Source of the DNA: Alphaproteobacteria bacterium | Lineage (GTDB): Bacteria; Pseudomonadota; Alphaproteobacteria; Micavibrionales; UBA2020 | Direction of reading: 5' to 3' | Assembly: GCA_041287865.1 (NCBI GenBank) | Contig: JBGGMV010000008.1 | Location: forward strand, 70,297 to 134,296 | DNA: 64,000 nucleotides | In this document: one piece after another, positions 18,637 through 26,575 of the stretch | Layout: every line of letters begins with the position of its first letter | Position numbering within the stretch: position 1 is the stretch's first letter | Position numbers and translations under genes: made by a program | Notes under the pieces: model-generated | What the model was told of the DNA's origin: nothing | Databases searched by the model: none | The model's input: only the letters and a program-made list of their open reading frames with translations

Positions 18637-18676
18637 AACCCGTAACTGCTACAACCTACGGTCAAAGGAGACCGCC

Positions 18677-19231
18677 ATGACCAGCCTGCGCGAGAGATTT
18701 GCCGATGCCGAAAAACAGCAAAGCCTGCCCAAGAAGGCCTATAACCAGCTGCATGGCCTGAGCGGCGAACTCGCCGCCTTTGCCAGCGGCCTGCCCAAGG
18801 CGATCGAGGACCTGGTGATCAGGGCCGAAGCCGGGCAACCCACATATACCCTCACCTGCTCCCCTTCGCTGCGCGTGGTGTTCAAGACCGGCTATTACGC
18901 GCCGTACTTACTGGATGACAACGGCCGCCGCGAATTTCCCGGCCACGACGAAATGCAGGATCTGCAGGGCTTCCGCAAGCTGCTGGACACCTGCGCCAAT
19001 CCGGCGGTCGATGTCTGCGTGCGCATGGCTTTTTCAAGGCCCAGCATCCACCGCAGTGAACTTGCACTGACCGTCGACATCAACCTGAAAGAAGCCTTTG
19101 CCGCCAGCACCTTCTCTACGCGCGGTGCAGGCGGGCAGGAGGAGCGCCACGCAATCGGCGCGGATTACATCGCCGCGCAGCAGAAGCCGTTCAAGGCGCC
19201 TGCCGTGCTCTCGCTGCAGAACAAGACCTGA
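18677..19231 (+). CDS. hypothetical protein
   Basis: 184 aa from ATG 18677, with AAGGAG at 18665-18670. No signal peptide and no recognisable domain. It ends ...QQKPFKAPAVLSLQNKT, a weak relative of the tail motif. Confidence 0.6.
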   Translation: MTSLRERFADAEKQQSLPKKAYNQLHGLSGELAAFASGLPKAIEDLVIRAEAGQPTYTLTCSPSLRVVFKTGYYAPYLLDDNGRREFPGHDEMQDLQGFRKLLDTCANPAVDVCVRMAFSRPSIHRSELALTVDINLKEAFAASTFSTRGAGGQEERHAIGADYIAAQQKPFKAPAVLSLQNKT

Positions 19232-19251
19232 AATCTTCAGATATTTGAAAA

Positions 19252-19482
19252 TTAGCGCGCAGGCGCTGCGTTCGTCTGCTCGTCACGCACGCGGGGCAGC
19301 ACATACTGCTCGCCGGCCAGCGTGGCGCGGATATTGGCCGAGACGTATTCGGCGAAGGCGCGTTGTTCGGCGGTGGTCTTCAGGGTGCGCGATACTTTCA
19401 CCACAGGCGCTTCGGCCAGCGCGGGCGCGGCCAGCAGTGCGATCAGCGCAGTGATAACGATGGATGAATAAAGCGTTTTCAT
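19252..19482 (-). CDS. small exported hypothetical protein
   Basis: 76 aa from ATG 19482. Signal peptide MKTLYSSIVITALIALLAAPALAEA. It has its own TTGACATAAT promoter box. Confidence 0.55.
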   Translation of the reverse strand: MKTLYSSIVITALIALLAAPALAEAPVVKVSRTLKTTAEQRAFAEYVSANIRATLAGEQYVLPRVRDEQTNAAPAR

Positions 19483-19541
19483 GTTCAGGATACTACCCCT
19501 CTTGATGCCCCAACGGCAAGGCATACTAGGCCCGATGCAGC

Positions 19542-19551
19542 ATTATGTCAA
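19542..19551 (-). promoter_or_regulatory. TTGACATAAY promoter box
   Basis: On the minus strand: TTGACATAAT, a 17-nt spacer, then TAGTAT (19528-19523). It lies upstream of the 19252-19482 gene. Confidence 0.6.
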
Positions 19552-19581
19552 GACAAGGTTTAGACCTGATATATAAGGATT

Positions 19582-20016
19582 TTATTGGCCGGGCGGCTTG
19601 AATTTGATCGGTTTCATCGCCTTTGTGTCAGCTTGCGTGGGCGCGCCGTCCCTGCACCAGCTGTCGAGCGCGTCCTGCCGCGCCTTCAGCGCCTTCGCCA
19701 GTTGCGACTTCATCGAGCTGGCGGCGACGGAAAAGGCGAGGCGATGATCGCCCGCTTCCTTCGACAGGCGCTGCGCAACCTCCTGCGACAGGATGAAATC
19801 ACGCTCCACCTTGTGCGTGCGGCCCTGCGCATCGAACTTCCAGCCGCTGACGTTCACAATTGCCACGGCGGTTTTCGCATCCGCATCGATTTCGATGTCC
19901 TTGAGCAGAATGCGCTGCTCGGGCGGCTGGCTGCCGCCGCCGCGCATAACGGGGCCATTGCCGCGCTGGTCGAGCACGGCGAGGACTTCTTCGACGGTGG
20001 AAAGTTTTGCGGCCAT
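19582..20016 (-). CDS. hypothetical protein with C-terminal tail motif
   Basis: 144 aa, no signal peptide; it ends ...DTKAMKPIKFKPPGQ. Its start lies 2 nt after the stop of the upstream 384-aa gene, so they probably form an operon. Confidence 0.65.
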   Translation of the reverse strand: MAAKLSTVEEVLAVLDQRGNGPVMRGGGSQPPEQRILLKDIEIDADAKTAVAIVNVSGWKFDAQGRTHKVERDFILSQEVAQRLSKEAGDHRLAFSVAASSMKSQLAKALKARQDALDSWCRDGAPTQADTKAMKPIKFKPPGQ

Positions 20017-20018
20017 GG

Positions 20019-21173
20019 TTACGGCGCCTTCGGGCCGGAAGGCTTGCGGATCGCCTTGTTTTCGGGCGCGTTCATCACGGCATCGACGATGGTGACGGCT
20101 TTCTCCATGCGCGTGCGCAGGCCTTCGTGCTGTTCAAGGCCCGATGCCGCCGCGACCTTGTGCTTGAGTTTATCAAGACGCTCCAGCGTTTCTTCGGCGG
20201 CCAGCGGATCAAAGGATTTATCCTTTTGCCATTCAAGATAACCCTTAAGCTGGCTTTCAAGGAAATGCACCAGCGCGGCATGGCTGATGGCGAGTGCTTC
20301 GGGCGTTTGGGGCGTGGTGTCATGCGGCTTGGATGATCCAAGATCGGCCCAGGGGCTGGTCTGCTCCCACAACTCGCCGATGCGCGGCGAGAAATCGGAG
20401 GGTTTCTTGTGGCCGGGGCGGATCAGGCTGTACTGGTTCAGCAGCGCGGCGGAAATCACTTCGGGGTCAGTTGTGGCGCCCGTATCGACCAGCACGCGCG
20501 CAATACCGGCATTGGTCAGCGTATAGCCGCCCAGCGGATCGCCATCCAGCGCCCAGTTTTTCATTTCGGTGTAGACTTTGCGCACCGTCGGGTGATCGGG
20601 CAGGCCGGTCGCCTCGAACGACAATGCCTTCGCGCGTTCCGCGACGATATCGGCCAGCGCCGCCTGCGCGGCGGCAAGTTTCGTTTCGGCAACGGCCAGC
20701 ATGTCTTTTTCGGTCGCACTGCCGGCGATTGCTTTCAATGCGCGTTCGTTCGCGTCCAGCACCTGCTGCACGTTGCGGTATTCGATGATATGCGCGATCT
20801 TGCCGCTGGAAATTTCAGCCTGCACAGAGTCGAGACCGATAATGGACTGCGCCAGCAGCACCTGCTGGTCGGCGGTGTTTTTGAATTTCGGATTGTCGAT
20901 GTCGATGGCATCGAGGCGTTGCAGGCATTTCGCTACTTCGGGGCTCACGGATTTTTCGAACTGTTTAGAATCCAGCGGGATAACCATGCCGTTCAGCAGC
21001 ACGCTCGCCGCCACGGCAACGGGATCGGGATCTTTCGCATGGGCCGTAATCACCTCGCCCGCCTTCACCGCTTCGCGCGCCCAATCGTCTCCGTCCTTGA
21101 AAAACGTGCGCATGACCGCATAGGCCTTTTCGACCAGCGGATGGCGCAACAGCTTGGTGTCCTCGAATTTCAT
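20019..21173 (-). CDS. hypothetical protein (two degenerate HD/SpoT-N-like segments by eye)
   Basis: 384 aa. Segments AGEVITAHAKDPDPVAVAASVLLNG and AGIARVLVDTGATTDPEVISAALLNQ resemble the VA-IL-x-D-x-AALLHD helix of HD hydrolases but lack the His-Asp. This is a weak by-eye call. The opposite-strand ORFs are junk-like. Confidence 0.6.
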   Translation of the reverse strand: MKFEDTKLLRHPLVEKAYAVMRTFFKDGDDWAREAVKAGEVITAHAKDPDPVAVAASVLLNGMVIPLDSKQFEKSVSPEVAKCLQRLDAIDIDNPKFKNTADQQVLLAQSIIGLDSVQAEISSGKIAHIIEYRNVQQVLDANERALKAIAGSATEKDMLAVAETKLAAAQAALADIVAERAKALSFEATGLPDHPTVRKVYTEMKNWALDGDPLGGYTLTNAGIARVLVDTGATTDPEVISAALLNQYSLIRPGHKKPSDFSPRIGELWEQTSPWADLGSSKPHDTTPQTPEALAISHAALVHFLESQLKGYLEWQKDKSFDPLAAEETLERLDKLKHKVAAASGLEQHEGLRTRMEKAVTIVDAVMNAPENKAIRKPSGPKAP

Positions 21174-21222
21174 GACGGCCGCCTTTAATACTGTGATGGC
21201 GGCAGGTTACGGCAGGATTGGG

Positions 21223-21232
21223 GTTATGTCAA
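21223..21232 (-). promoter_or_regulatory. TTGACATAAY promoter box
   Basis: On the minus strand: TTGACATAAC, a 17-nt spacer, then TAACCT (21209-21204). It lies upstream of ATG 21173. Confidence 0.5.
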
Positions 21233-21234
21233 TA

Positions 21235-22305
21235 TTAGCCGGTTTTGGCCTTTTTACCGGCGATATCGGCCAATTTGGCCGTCACGCCCTCTACCCCCTT
21301 CAAACCAATGGCTTCGCGGACCAGCGACAGGGTTTCCTTGGTGATCTTGCGCGCGCGTTCGGCCCCCGCATCCAGAATATCGTCGATCTTCTTCCGGTTG
21401 CCCATCAGCTCGTTATAGAGCGCGGTGGGTTTTTCGAATTCGCGTTCCAGCACTTCGTACAGTTTCTGTTTCGCGTCGCCATAGCCCATGCCGCCCTTCA
21501 GGAAGGCGTCGCGCATCGCCTGCGTTTCGTCGGGCGTGGCGAACATGGCGTAGATCTGGAAGATGCTGTTGTCGTCGGGGGTTTTAACATCGGCGGGCAG
21601 TTTGGAATCGGTGACGATTTTCATCACCAGTTTGCGGCGCGCCGCGCTGTCGATAAACACGGGGATATGGTTGCCGTAGGATTTGCTCATCTTGCGGCCG
21701 TCGAGCCCGGGCAGAACTGCGCCGCCTGCCTCCAGTTGATAGTTCGGCAGCTTCAGCACAGGCTGGAAGGTATTGTTGAAATACCCCGCCATGTCGCGCG
21801 CGAATTCGATATGCTGCACTTGATCTTTACCAACCGGCACGATGTCGGTCTGCGCGATTAAAATGTCAGCGGCCATCAGCAGCGGGTATGTATAAAGCCC
21901 CATGTTCACATCGGCGTCGGCGTCTTTGCCCTCGGCCTTGTTTTTGTCGACCGATGCCTTGTAGGCGTGTGATCTGTCCATCAGGCCCTTGGGCGTGACG
22001 GCGCAAAGAATAGTCACAAGCTCGGGGATCTCGGGAATATCCGATTGGCGATACAAAACGGTGCGCGCGGGATCAAGCCCCAGCGCCAGCCAGCAGGCCG
22101 CGACCTGATAGCTGTCTTCCTTCAGCAGTTTCGGATCGTAAACGGCGTTCAGCGCATGGTAATCGGCGATAAACAGGTATGATTTTTCATGCGCAGCGGC
22201 AAGGCGCAAAGCAGGACGAATTGCGCCGATATAATTCCCCACATGCGGCGCGCCGGTGGGCTTCACCCCCGTCAGGATTGTTTTTGCTTTTGCTGCGTCC
22301 GCCAT
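21235..22305 (-). CDS. trpS: tryptophan--tRNA ligase
   Basis: 356 aa from ATG 22305 (MADAAKAKTILTGVKPTGAPHVGNYIGAI), with a KMSKS motif. The track ORF to 22860 adds about 185 R-rich residues with no homology. Confidence 0.9.
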   Translation of the reverse strand: MADAAKAKTILTGVKPTGAPHVGNYIGAIRPALRLAAAHEKSYLFIADYHALNAVYDPKLLKEDSYQVAACWLALGLDPARTVLYRQSDIPEIPELVTILCAVTPKGLMDRSHAYKASVDKNKAEGKDADADVNMGLYTYPLLMAADILIAQTDIVPVGKDQVQHIEFARDMAGYFNNTFQPVLKLPNYQLEAGGAVLPGLDGRKMSKSYGNHIPVFIDSAARRKLVMKIVTDSKLPADVKTPDDNSIFQIYAMFATPDETQAMRDAFLKGGMGYGDAKQKLYEVLEREFEKPTALYNELMGNRKKIDDILDAGAERARKITKETLSLVREAIGLKGVEGVTAKLADIAGKKAKTG

Positions 22306-22341
22306 TTGATGTTCCTTCAAGTTTGCGCTAAGGACTATATC

Positions 22342-22941
22342 ATGTGCGGCAGATATAAACAAATCAGGGCCCTTCAGGACTATCTGGAGCTTTTGGGCAT
22401 CAAAATGACGGGCGAAGGCGCGGGCGTTCTTGCGCCCGGCATGATGGCGCCTGTCGTCACGCAACTGGGCCTCGCCGCGATGTACTGGGGCCTGACGCCT
22501 GCATGGTCGAAAGAGGATGCGAAGACGCAAGTCATCAACGCACGCGCCGAAACCATGCATGACAAGCCTTTCTTTAGAAACGCGAAACGCTGCCTTGTAC
22601 CCGTTGATGCTTTTATCGAATGGGATCGAAGTCAAAAGCCTTCGCAGGCCTTTGATATTTCGCTGCCCGCGCCTTTTGCTTTTGCGGGATTGTGGGATAG
22701 CTGGATTAATCCCGCGACTGGCGAGGTAAAAAACAGCTTCGCCATTCTCACCACCGCGCCGACGGAGCAGATGGCGAAAATCCACCACCGGATGCCGGCG
22801 ATTCTGGCGACGGCGTCGGAATGCAGGGCCTGGATGAATATGGAAATAAAAACGCCGCAAACCTATACGGCGGAGCCCCTGATCATCGCCCCTGCCGAAG
22901 CAAAGCCGAAAAAAGAAACGGCGCAGCTCAGTTTTCTATAA
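22342..22941 (+). CDS. SOS response-associated peptidase (SRAP/YedK family)
   Basis: Starts MCGRY with the catalytic Cys2. Family motifs VINARAETMHDKPFFRN, RCLVPVDAFIEW, FAFAGLW and IHHRMPAIL are present. The start was moved from 22189 to ATG 22342. Confidence 0.85.
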   Translation: MCGRYKQIRALQDYLELLGIKMTGEGAGVLAPGMMAPVVTQLGLAAMYWGLTPAWSKEDAKTQVINARAETMHDKPFFRNAKRCLVPVDAFIEWDRSQKPSQAFDISLPAPFAFAGLWDSWINPATGEVKNSFAILTTAPTEQMAKIHHRMPAILATASECRAWMNMEIKTPQTYTAEPLIIAPAEAKPKKETAQLSFL

Positions 22942-23041
22942 AAAATTCTTGCCATAAGATTGACTCAGGGGGCTTTACGCCCTAGTCTTTCGCCCATATC
23001 ATCAATTGCAGAAATCATAAATTCCACCGGAGGAAAGGCAC

Positions 23042-23545
23042 ATGGGCATGAAAGACTGGCTCGACAAGCTGAAGAAAAAAGCTGAAGACGTGACGAAGGA
23101 AGAAACCGATCCCGCGAAGATCAAGCAGGCGAAAAAAGAAGCCGCCGAAAAAACCTTCAAGCGCACCACCAGCGCGATCAAGCTGGCGAAAAAAGGCCTC
23201 GAGACCTATAACAACGTCTCGAAAAAAGCCGGCGAGATCACCGACGCCGCTGCCGAGAAAACCGCTGAACTGGCCGAAAAAGCCAAGCCCCTCGCCGAAA
23301 AAATCGACAATGCCGCAGGCAAGGTCGGTGAAACCGCGAAAGGCGCCTTTGACGCCGTAAAAGAAAAAGTCGCCGGTGGCGTTGATGCCGCCAACCAGAA
23401 ACTGGACGAAGCGAAAAAAGACGCAGCCAAGAAACCCTCGACGGGTTCGGGCCTGCTGGACCTGATCGCTCCTGCCGTTCCTGAAACGGATGCGACCAAG
23501 CCGAAAGAACCGCCGAAGACGCCTCCCGCGCCCCCGGCCCTGTAA
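23042..23545 (+). CDS. Lys/Ala/Glu-rich LEA-like hypothetical protein
   Basis: 167 aa of low-complexity amphipathic segments (AEKTAELAEKAKPLAEKIDNAAGKVGETAKGAFDAVKEKV). It has a Pro/Lys-rich end and is followed by a terminator. Confidence 0.6.
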   Translation: MGMKDWLDKLKKKAEDVTKEETDPAKIKQAKKEAAEKTFKRTTSAIKLAKKGLETYNNVSKKAGEITDAAAEKTAELAEKAKPLAEKIDNAAGKVGETAKGAFDAVKEKVAGGVDAANQKLDEAKKDAAKKPSTGSGLLDLIAPAVPETDATKPKEPPKTPPAPPAL

Positions 23546-23569
23546 GCTTTACGGACACGATTAAAAGCA

Positions 23570-23600
23570 GGCGGCCCCTTAAAAGGCCGCTTGTTTTTTT
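23570..23600 (+). terminator. rho-independent terminator
   Basis: GGCGGCC (23570-23576) pairs with GGCCGC (23585-23590), followed by TTGTTTTTTT. Confidence 0.65.
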
Positions 23601-23615
23601 GCCCGTTTAAAATAT

Positions 23616-23625
23616 TTGACATAAT
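23616..23625 (+). promoter_or_regulatory. TTGACATAAY promoter box
   Basis: TTGACATAAT, a 17-nt spacer, then TAGTAT (23639-23644). It lies upstream of the ankyrin gene at 23695. Confidence 0.65.
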
Positions 23626-23694
23626 GTACGCGGATGGGTAGTATGGGCGCGATTTTCGGCGCAGTCTTTTGAATTCAAAAGGGTTTTCAGCGAT

Positions 23695-24558
23695 ATGGCT
23701 CCTACCCCCATCACCATCCGCCCCGACGGCCAGAGCTGGCCCACGCCACCCGCCGGCGCGCCGCCGGAAAGTGAAATGAAGGCCTTTCTGAACGACTGCG
23801 AGAAAGGCAACGAGGCCGAAGTTGTCGCCTACCTGAAGCGCTGGCCCGAATTCCCCGAAGTGAAAATGTACAATATTGAATCCACCAGCCTGATCCATGC
23901 GGCGCGGTACGGGCACGACAAGATCGTCAAAATCCTGCTGGAGGCCGGCTGCCCCGTCGGCACGCAGGATGCGGATTTGAATACGGCGCTGTTTGCAGCG
24001 CTCACCGAAGGCCGGTTCAGCACCGTGAAACTGCTGCTGGACGAGGGCGCGGATCTTTCGGTTACCCCTCGCTTCGGCAAGACGGCGGTGGCAACGGCGG
24101 TCTATTCGGGCAATGTCGAGCTCGTCAATTTCCTGCTGGAAAAGGGTGAGAAAGCCGACGGTCGCGACAGTTACGGCGGCAACGCCCTTAGCGAGCTGCA
24201 ATGGTGCAGGAACGAGGATTTCAATTTCGCCGAACTGCTGGTGAAGCATGGCGCCGACATGAATGTTGTCAGCCAGGGCGGCCATACCGCGCTCTCCCAA
24301 TGCGTGCAGCAGGGCCGCACCAAATTCGTCCGTCACCTGCTGGATCTCGGCGTCGAGCTGCGCGGGCCCTTCCTGCCCCACAACGATGACATCAAGCAGA
24401 TGCTCGCCGACGAACCCTATCGCCGCGAGAGTGTTCGCGTCGCCGCAATCGAGGCCGCCGCCGCCGAAATCCGCGCACGCGAAAAGGCCATCGAAAACGA
24501 AGTGAACGCGGGCCTTCCCTCCTCCGTCAAAGTGCGTCCCTTCCGCCTGAAAATGTAA
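23695..24558 (+). CDS. ankyrin-repeat protein
   Basis: Repeats include TSLIHAARYGHDKIVKILLEAGCPVGTQDADLNTALFAAL, GKTAVATAVYSGNVELVNFLLEKGEKADGRD and GHTALSQCVQQGRTKFVRHLLDLG. It ends ...SVKVRPFRLKM. Confidence 0.85.
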   Translation: MAPTPITIRPDGQSWPTPPAGAPPESEMKAFLNDCEKGNEAEVVAYLKRWPEFPEVKMYNIESTSLIHAARYGHDKIVKILLEAGCPVGTQDADLNTALFAALTEGRFSTVKLLLDEGADLSVTPRFGKTAVATAVYSGNVELVNFLLEKGEKADGRDSYGGNALSELQWCRNEDFNFAELLVKHGADMNVVSQGGHTALSQCVQQGRTKFVRHLLDLGVELRGPFLPHNDDIKQMLADEPYRRESVRVAAIEAAAAEIRAREKAIENEVNAGLPSSVKVRPFRLKM

Positions 24559-24751
24559 AAGACGTATTACGTCTATTTGCAGTGCAGCACGTAAGTATAT
24601 GAAAACATAGAGTCATGTTTACATGACATTATTCTGCTGATAGTTTTCTGTCACATAACAATTTCGCTAATAACAAAAAACGGCCAAGCAGCGGTGTGTG
24701 CGTACCCTCTTTGGGTGCGGAGTTTTATCGTCAACATAGAGAGAGCGACAG

Positions 24752-26533
24752 ATGTCATCTTCCGCAAATCCCCAGCCCAAATCCGAATATCCCTGGAGCA
24801 AAAAGTATCCTGTCGATATCGACTGGGACATGGATGTCCCCCTCTCGACCATGGTCAAGATGCTGGAAGAATCGGTCCAGAAAAACGGCGCCCGCACCGC
24901 GCTGAATTTCATGGGCAAGAAGATGACCTTCAAGGAGCTGGATGAAGCCTCCGACAAATTCGCCAAGAGCCTGCAGGACCAGGGCATCGGCAAGGGCAAC
25001 CACGTGGGCCTCTGCCTGCCCAACACGCCTTTCTATGTCATCGCCTATTACGGCGCGCTGAAGGCCGGCGCCACCGTCGTCAACTTCAACCCGCTCTATG
25101 CCGAAAAAGAAATCAAAGACCAGATCAACGACAGCAAGTGCGACGTCATGGTCTCGCTGAACGTCAAGCAGATCCAGCCCAAGGTCGACAAGATGCTGAA
25201 CGGCGAAACCTGCCTGAAAAAGGTTATCGTCGCTGACCTGTCCGACGCGCTGCCCGGCGTGAAAAGCTACGCCTATCGCGCGATCAACGCGGTGAAGGGC
25301 ATCTTCGGCAAGTCTGACACCGTGAAAGTGAAAAACGACGCCACGCACATTCCCTTCGCCAAGATGATGAAGGCAAAAGGCAAGCCCGCGCCTGTTGATA
25401 TCAAGCCCGACGACATCGCCGTGCTGCAATACACCGGCGGCACCACGGGCATTCCGAAGGCTGCCGTGCTGACCCATGGCAACCTGACCGCCAACATCAA
25501 TCAGGCGGGCATGTGGTTCGCCTCCGGCATCAAGGAAGGTAAGCAGGAGAAAATGCTGGCCGTCCTCCCCTTCTTCCACGTCTTCTCGATGACGGTTCAG
25601 ATGAACCTGTCGATCAAGCTGGGCGCGGAGCTGGTGATGCTGCCCAAGTTCGACGCAGAAACCACGCTGAAAACCATCGACAAGGAAAAGCCCACGATGT
25701 TCGCGGGCGTGCCCACGCTTTACAAGGCGCTGATGGATCACAAGGACGTGAAGAAATACGACCTGAGCTCGCTAGAAGTCTGCCTCTCCGGCGGCGCGGG
25801 CCTGCCCGAAACCACCCAGAAACGCTGGACGGCGCTGACGGGCAAGGAACTCACCGAAGGCTACGGCCTGTCGGAAACTTCCCCCATCGCCACGGCCAAC
25901 CCTGTGCACGGCGAGAAGAAACTGAACTCGATCGGCATGCCGCTCCCGAAAACCGAAGTGCGCATCGTGAACCTGGAATTCCCCGACAAGGAATGCCCGA
26001 TCACGGTCGAGGGCGAAATCTGCCTGCGCGGCCCGCAGGTGATGAAGGAATACTGGAACCGCCCCGACGAAACCGCCAAAGTCATGGACAAGGACGGCTA
26101 CTTCCATACCGGCGACGTCGGTTACATGGACAAGGAAGGCTATATCTTCATCGTCGACCGCATCAAGGACATGATCAACGCCTCCGGCCTGAAAGTCTTC
26201 CCCCGCAAAGTGGAAGAAGCAATCATGCAGCACCCCAGCGTTTCCGAAGTCATCGTGCTGGGCGTGAAGGACGAATACCGCGGCGAGAACGTGAAGGCCT
26301 TTATCGTCTTCAAGCCCGGCGCGGACAAGGTCGACAACAAGGCCATGACCGAATTCCTGAAGGACAAGCTGGCGCCCTATGAACTGCCCAAGCTGTTCGA
26401 GCACCGCGACAGCCTGCCCAAGACCATGATCGGCAAGCCCGACAAAAAAGCGCTGAAGGCAGAGGAGGCCGCCAAAGAGGCCCAGGCAAAAAAGCCGCCG
26501 GCGCCCAAGGCACCGAAGCCGCCTGCGCCGTAA
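24752..26533 (+). CDS. long-chain fatty acid--CoA ligase (AMP-binding family)
   Basis: AMP-binding motifs LQYTGGTTGIPKAAVLTHGN, GYGLSETSP, YFHTGDVGYMDKEGYIFIVDRIKDMI and GKPDKKAL. It carries an unusual about 25-aa tail, EEAAKEAQAKKPPAPKAPKPPAP. Confidence 0.9.
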   Translation: MSSSANPQPKSEYPWSKKYPVDIDWDMDVPLSTMVKMLEESVQKNGARTALNFMGKKMTFKELDEASDKFAKSLQDQGIGKGNHVGLCLPNTPFYVIAYYGALKAGATVVNFNPLYAEKEIKDQINDSKCDVMVSLNVKQIQPKVDKMLNGETCLKKVIVADLSDALPGVKSYAYRAINAVKGIFGKSDTVKVKNDATHIPFAKMMKAKGKPAPVDIKPDDIAVLQYTGGTTGIPKAAVLTHGNLTANINQAGMWFASGIKEGKQEKMLAVLPFFHVFSMTVQMNLSIKLGAELVMLPKFDAETTLKTIDKEKPTMFAGVPTLYKALMDHKDVKKYDLSSLEVCLSGGAGLPETTQKRWTALTGKELTEGYGLSETSPIATANPVHGEKKLNSIGMPLPKTEVRIVNLEFPDKECPITVEGEICLRGPQVMKEYWNRPDETAKVMDKDGYFHTGDVGYMDKEGYIFIVDRIKDMINASGLKVFPRKVEEAIMQHPSVSEVIVLGVKDEYRGENVKAFIVFKPGADKVDNKAMTEFLKDKLAPYELPKLFEHRDSLPKTMIGKPDKKALKAEEAAKEAQAKKPPAPKAPKPPAP

Positions 26534-26575
26534 CGCACGAACTGACCGACAGAGCTGACTCATAGATATTGGGAC

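Noticed and set aside
18543-18665. N-terminal extension of ileS in the ORF track; the same issue affects trpS (22306-22860), epmA (57373-57660), SRAP (22189-22341), gcvP (34076-34102) and the ahpD-like gene (7031-7090)
   Set aside because: The extensions lack homology to the respective families. They overlap neighbouring genes or promoters, and internal ATGs with RBS-like sequences match the conserved N-termini.
23206-24381. 391-aa minus-strand ORF spanning the LEA-like and ankyrin genes
   Set aside because: It crosses an intergenic region that contains a terminator and a promoter. It is antisense to two genes with clear repeat signatures.
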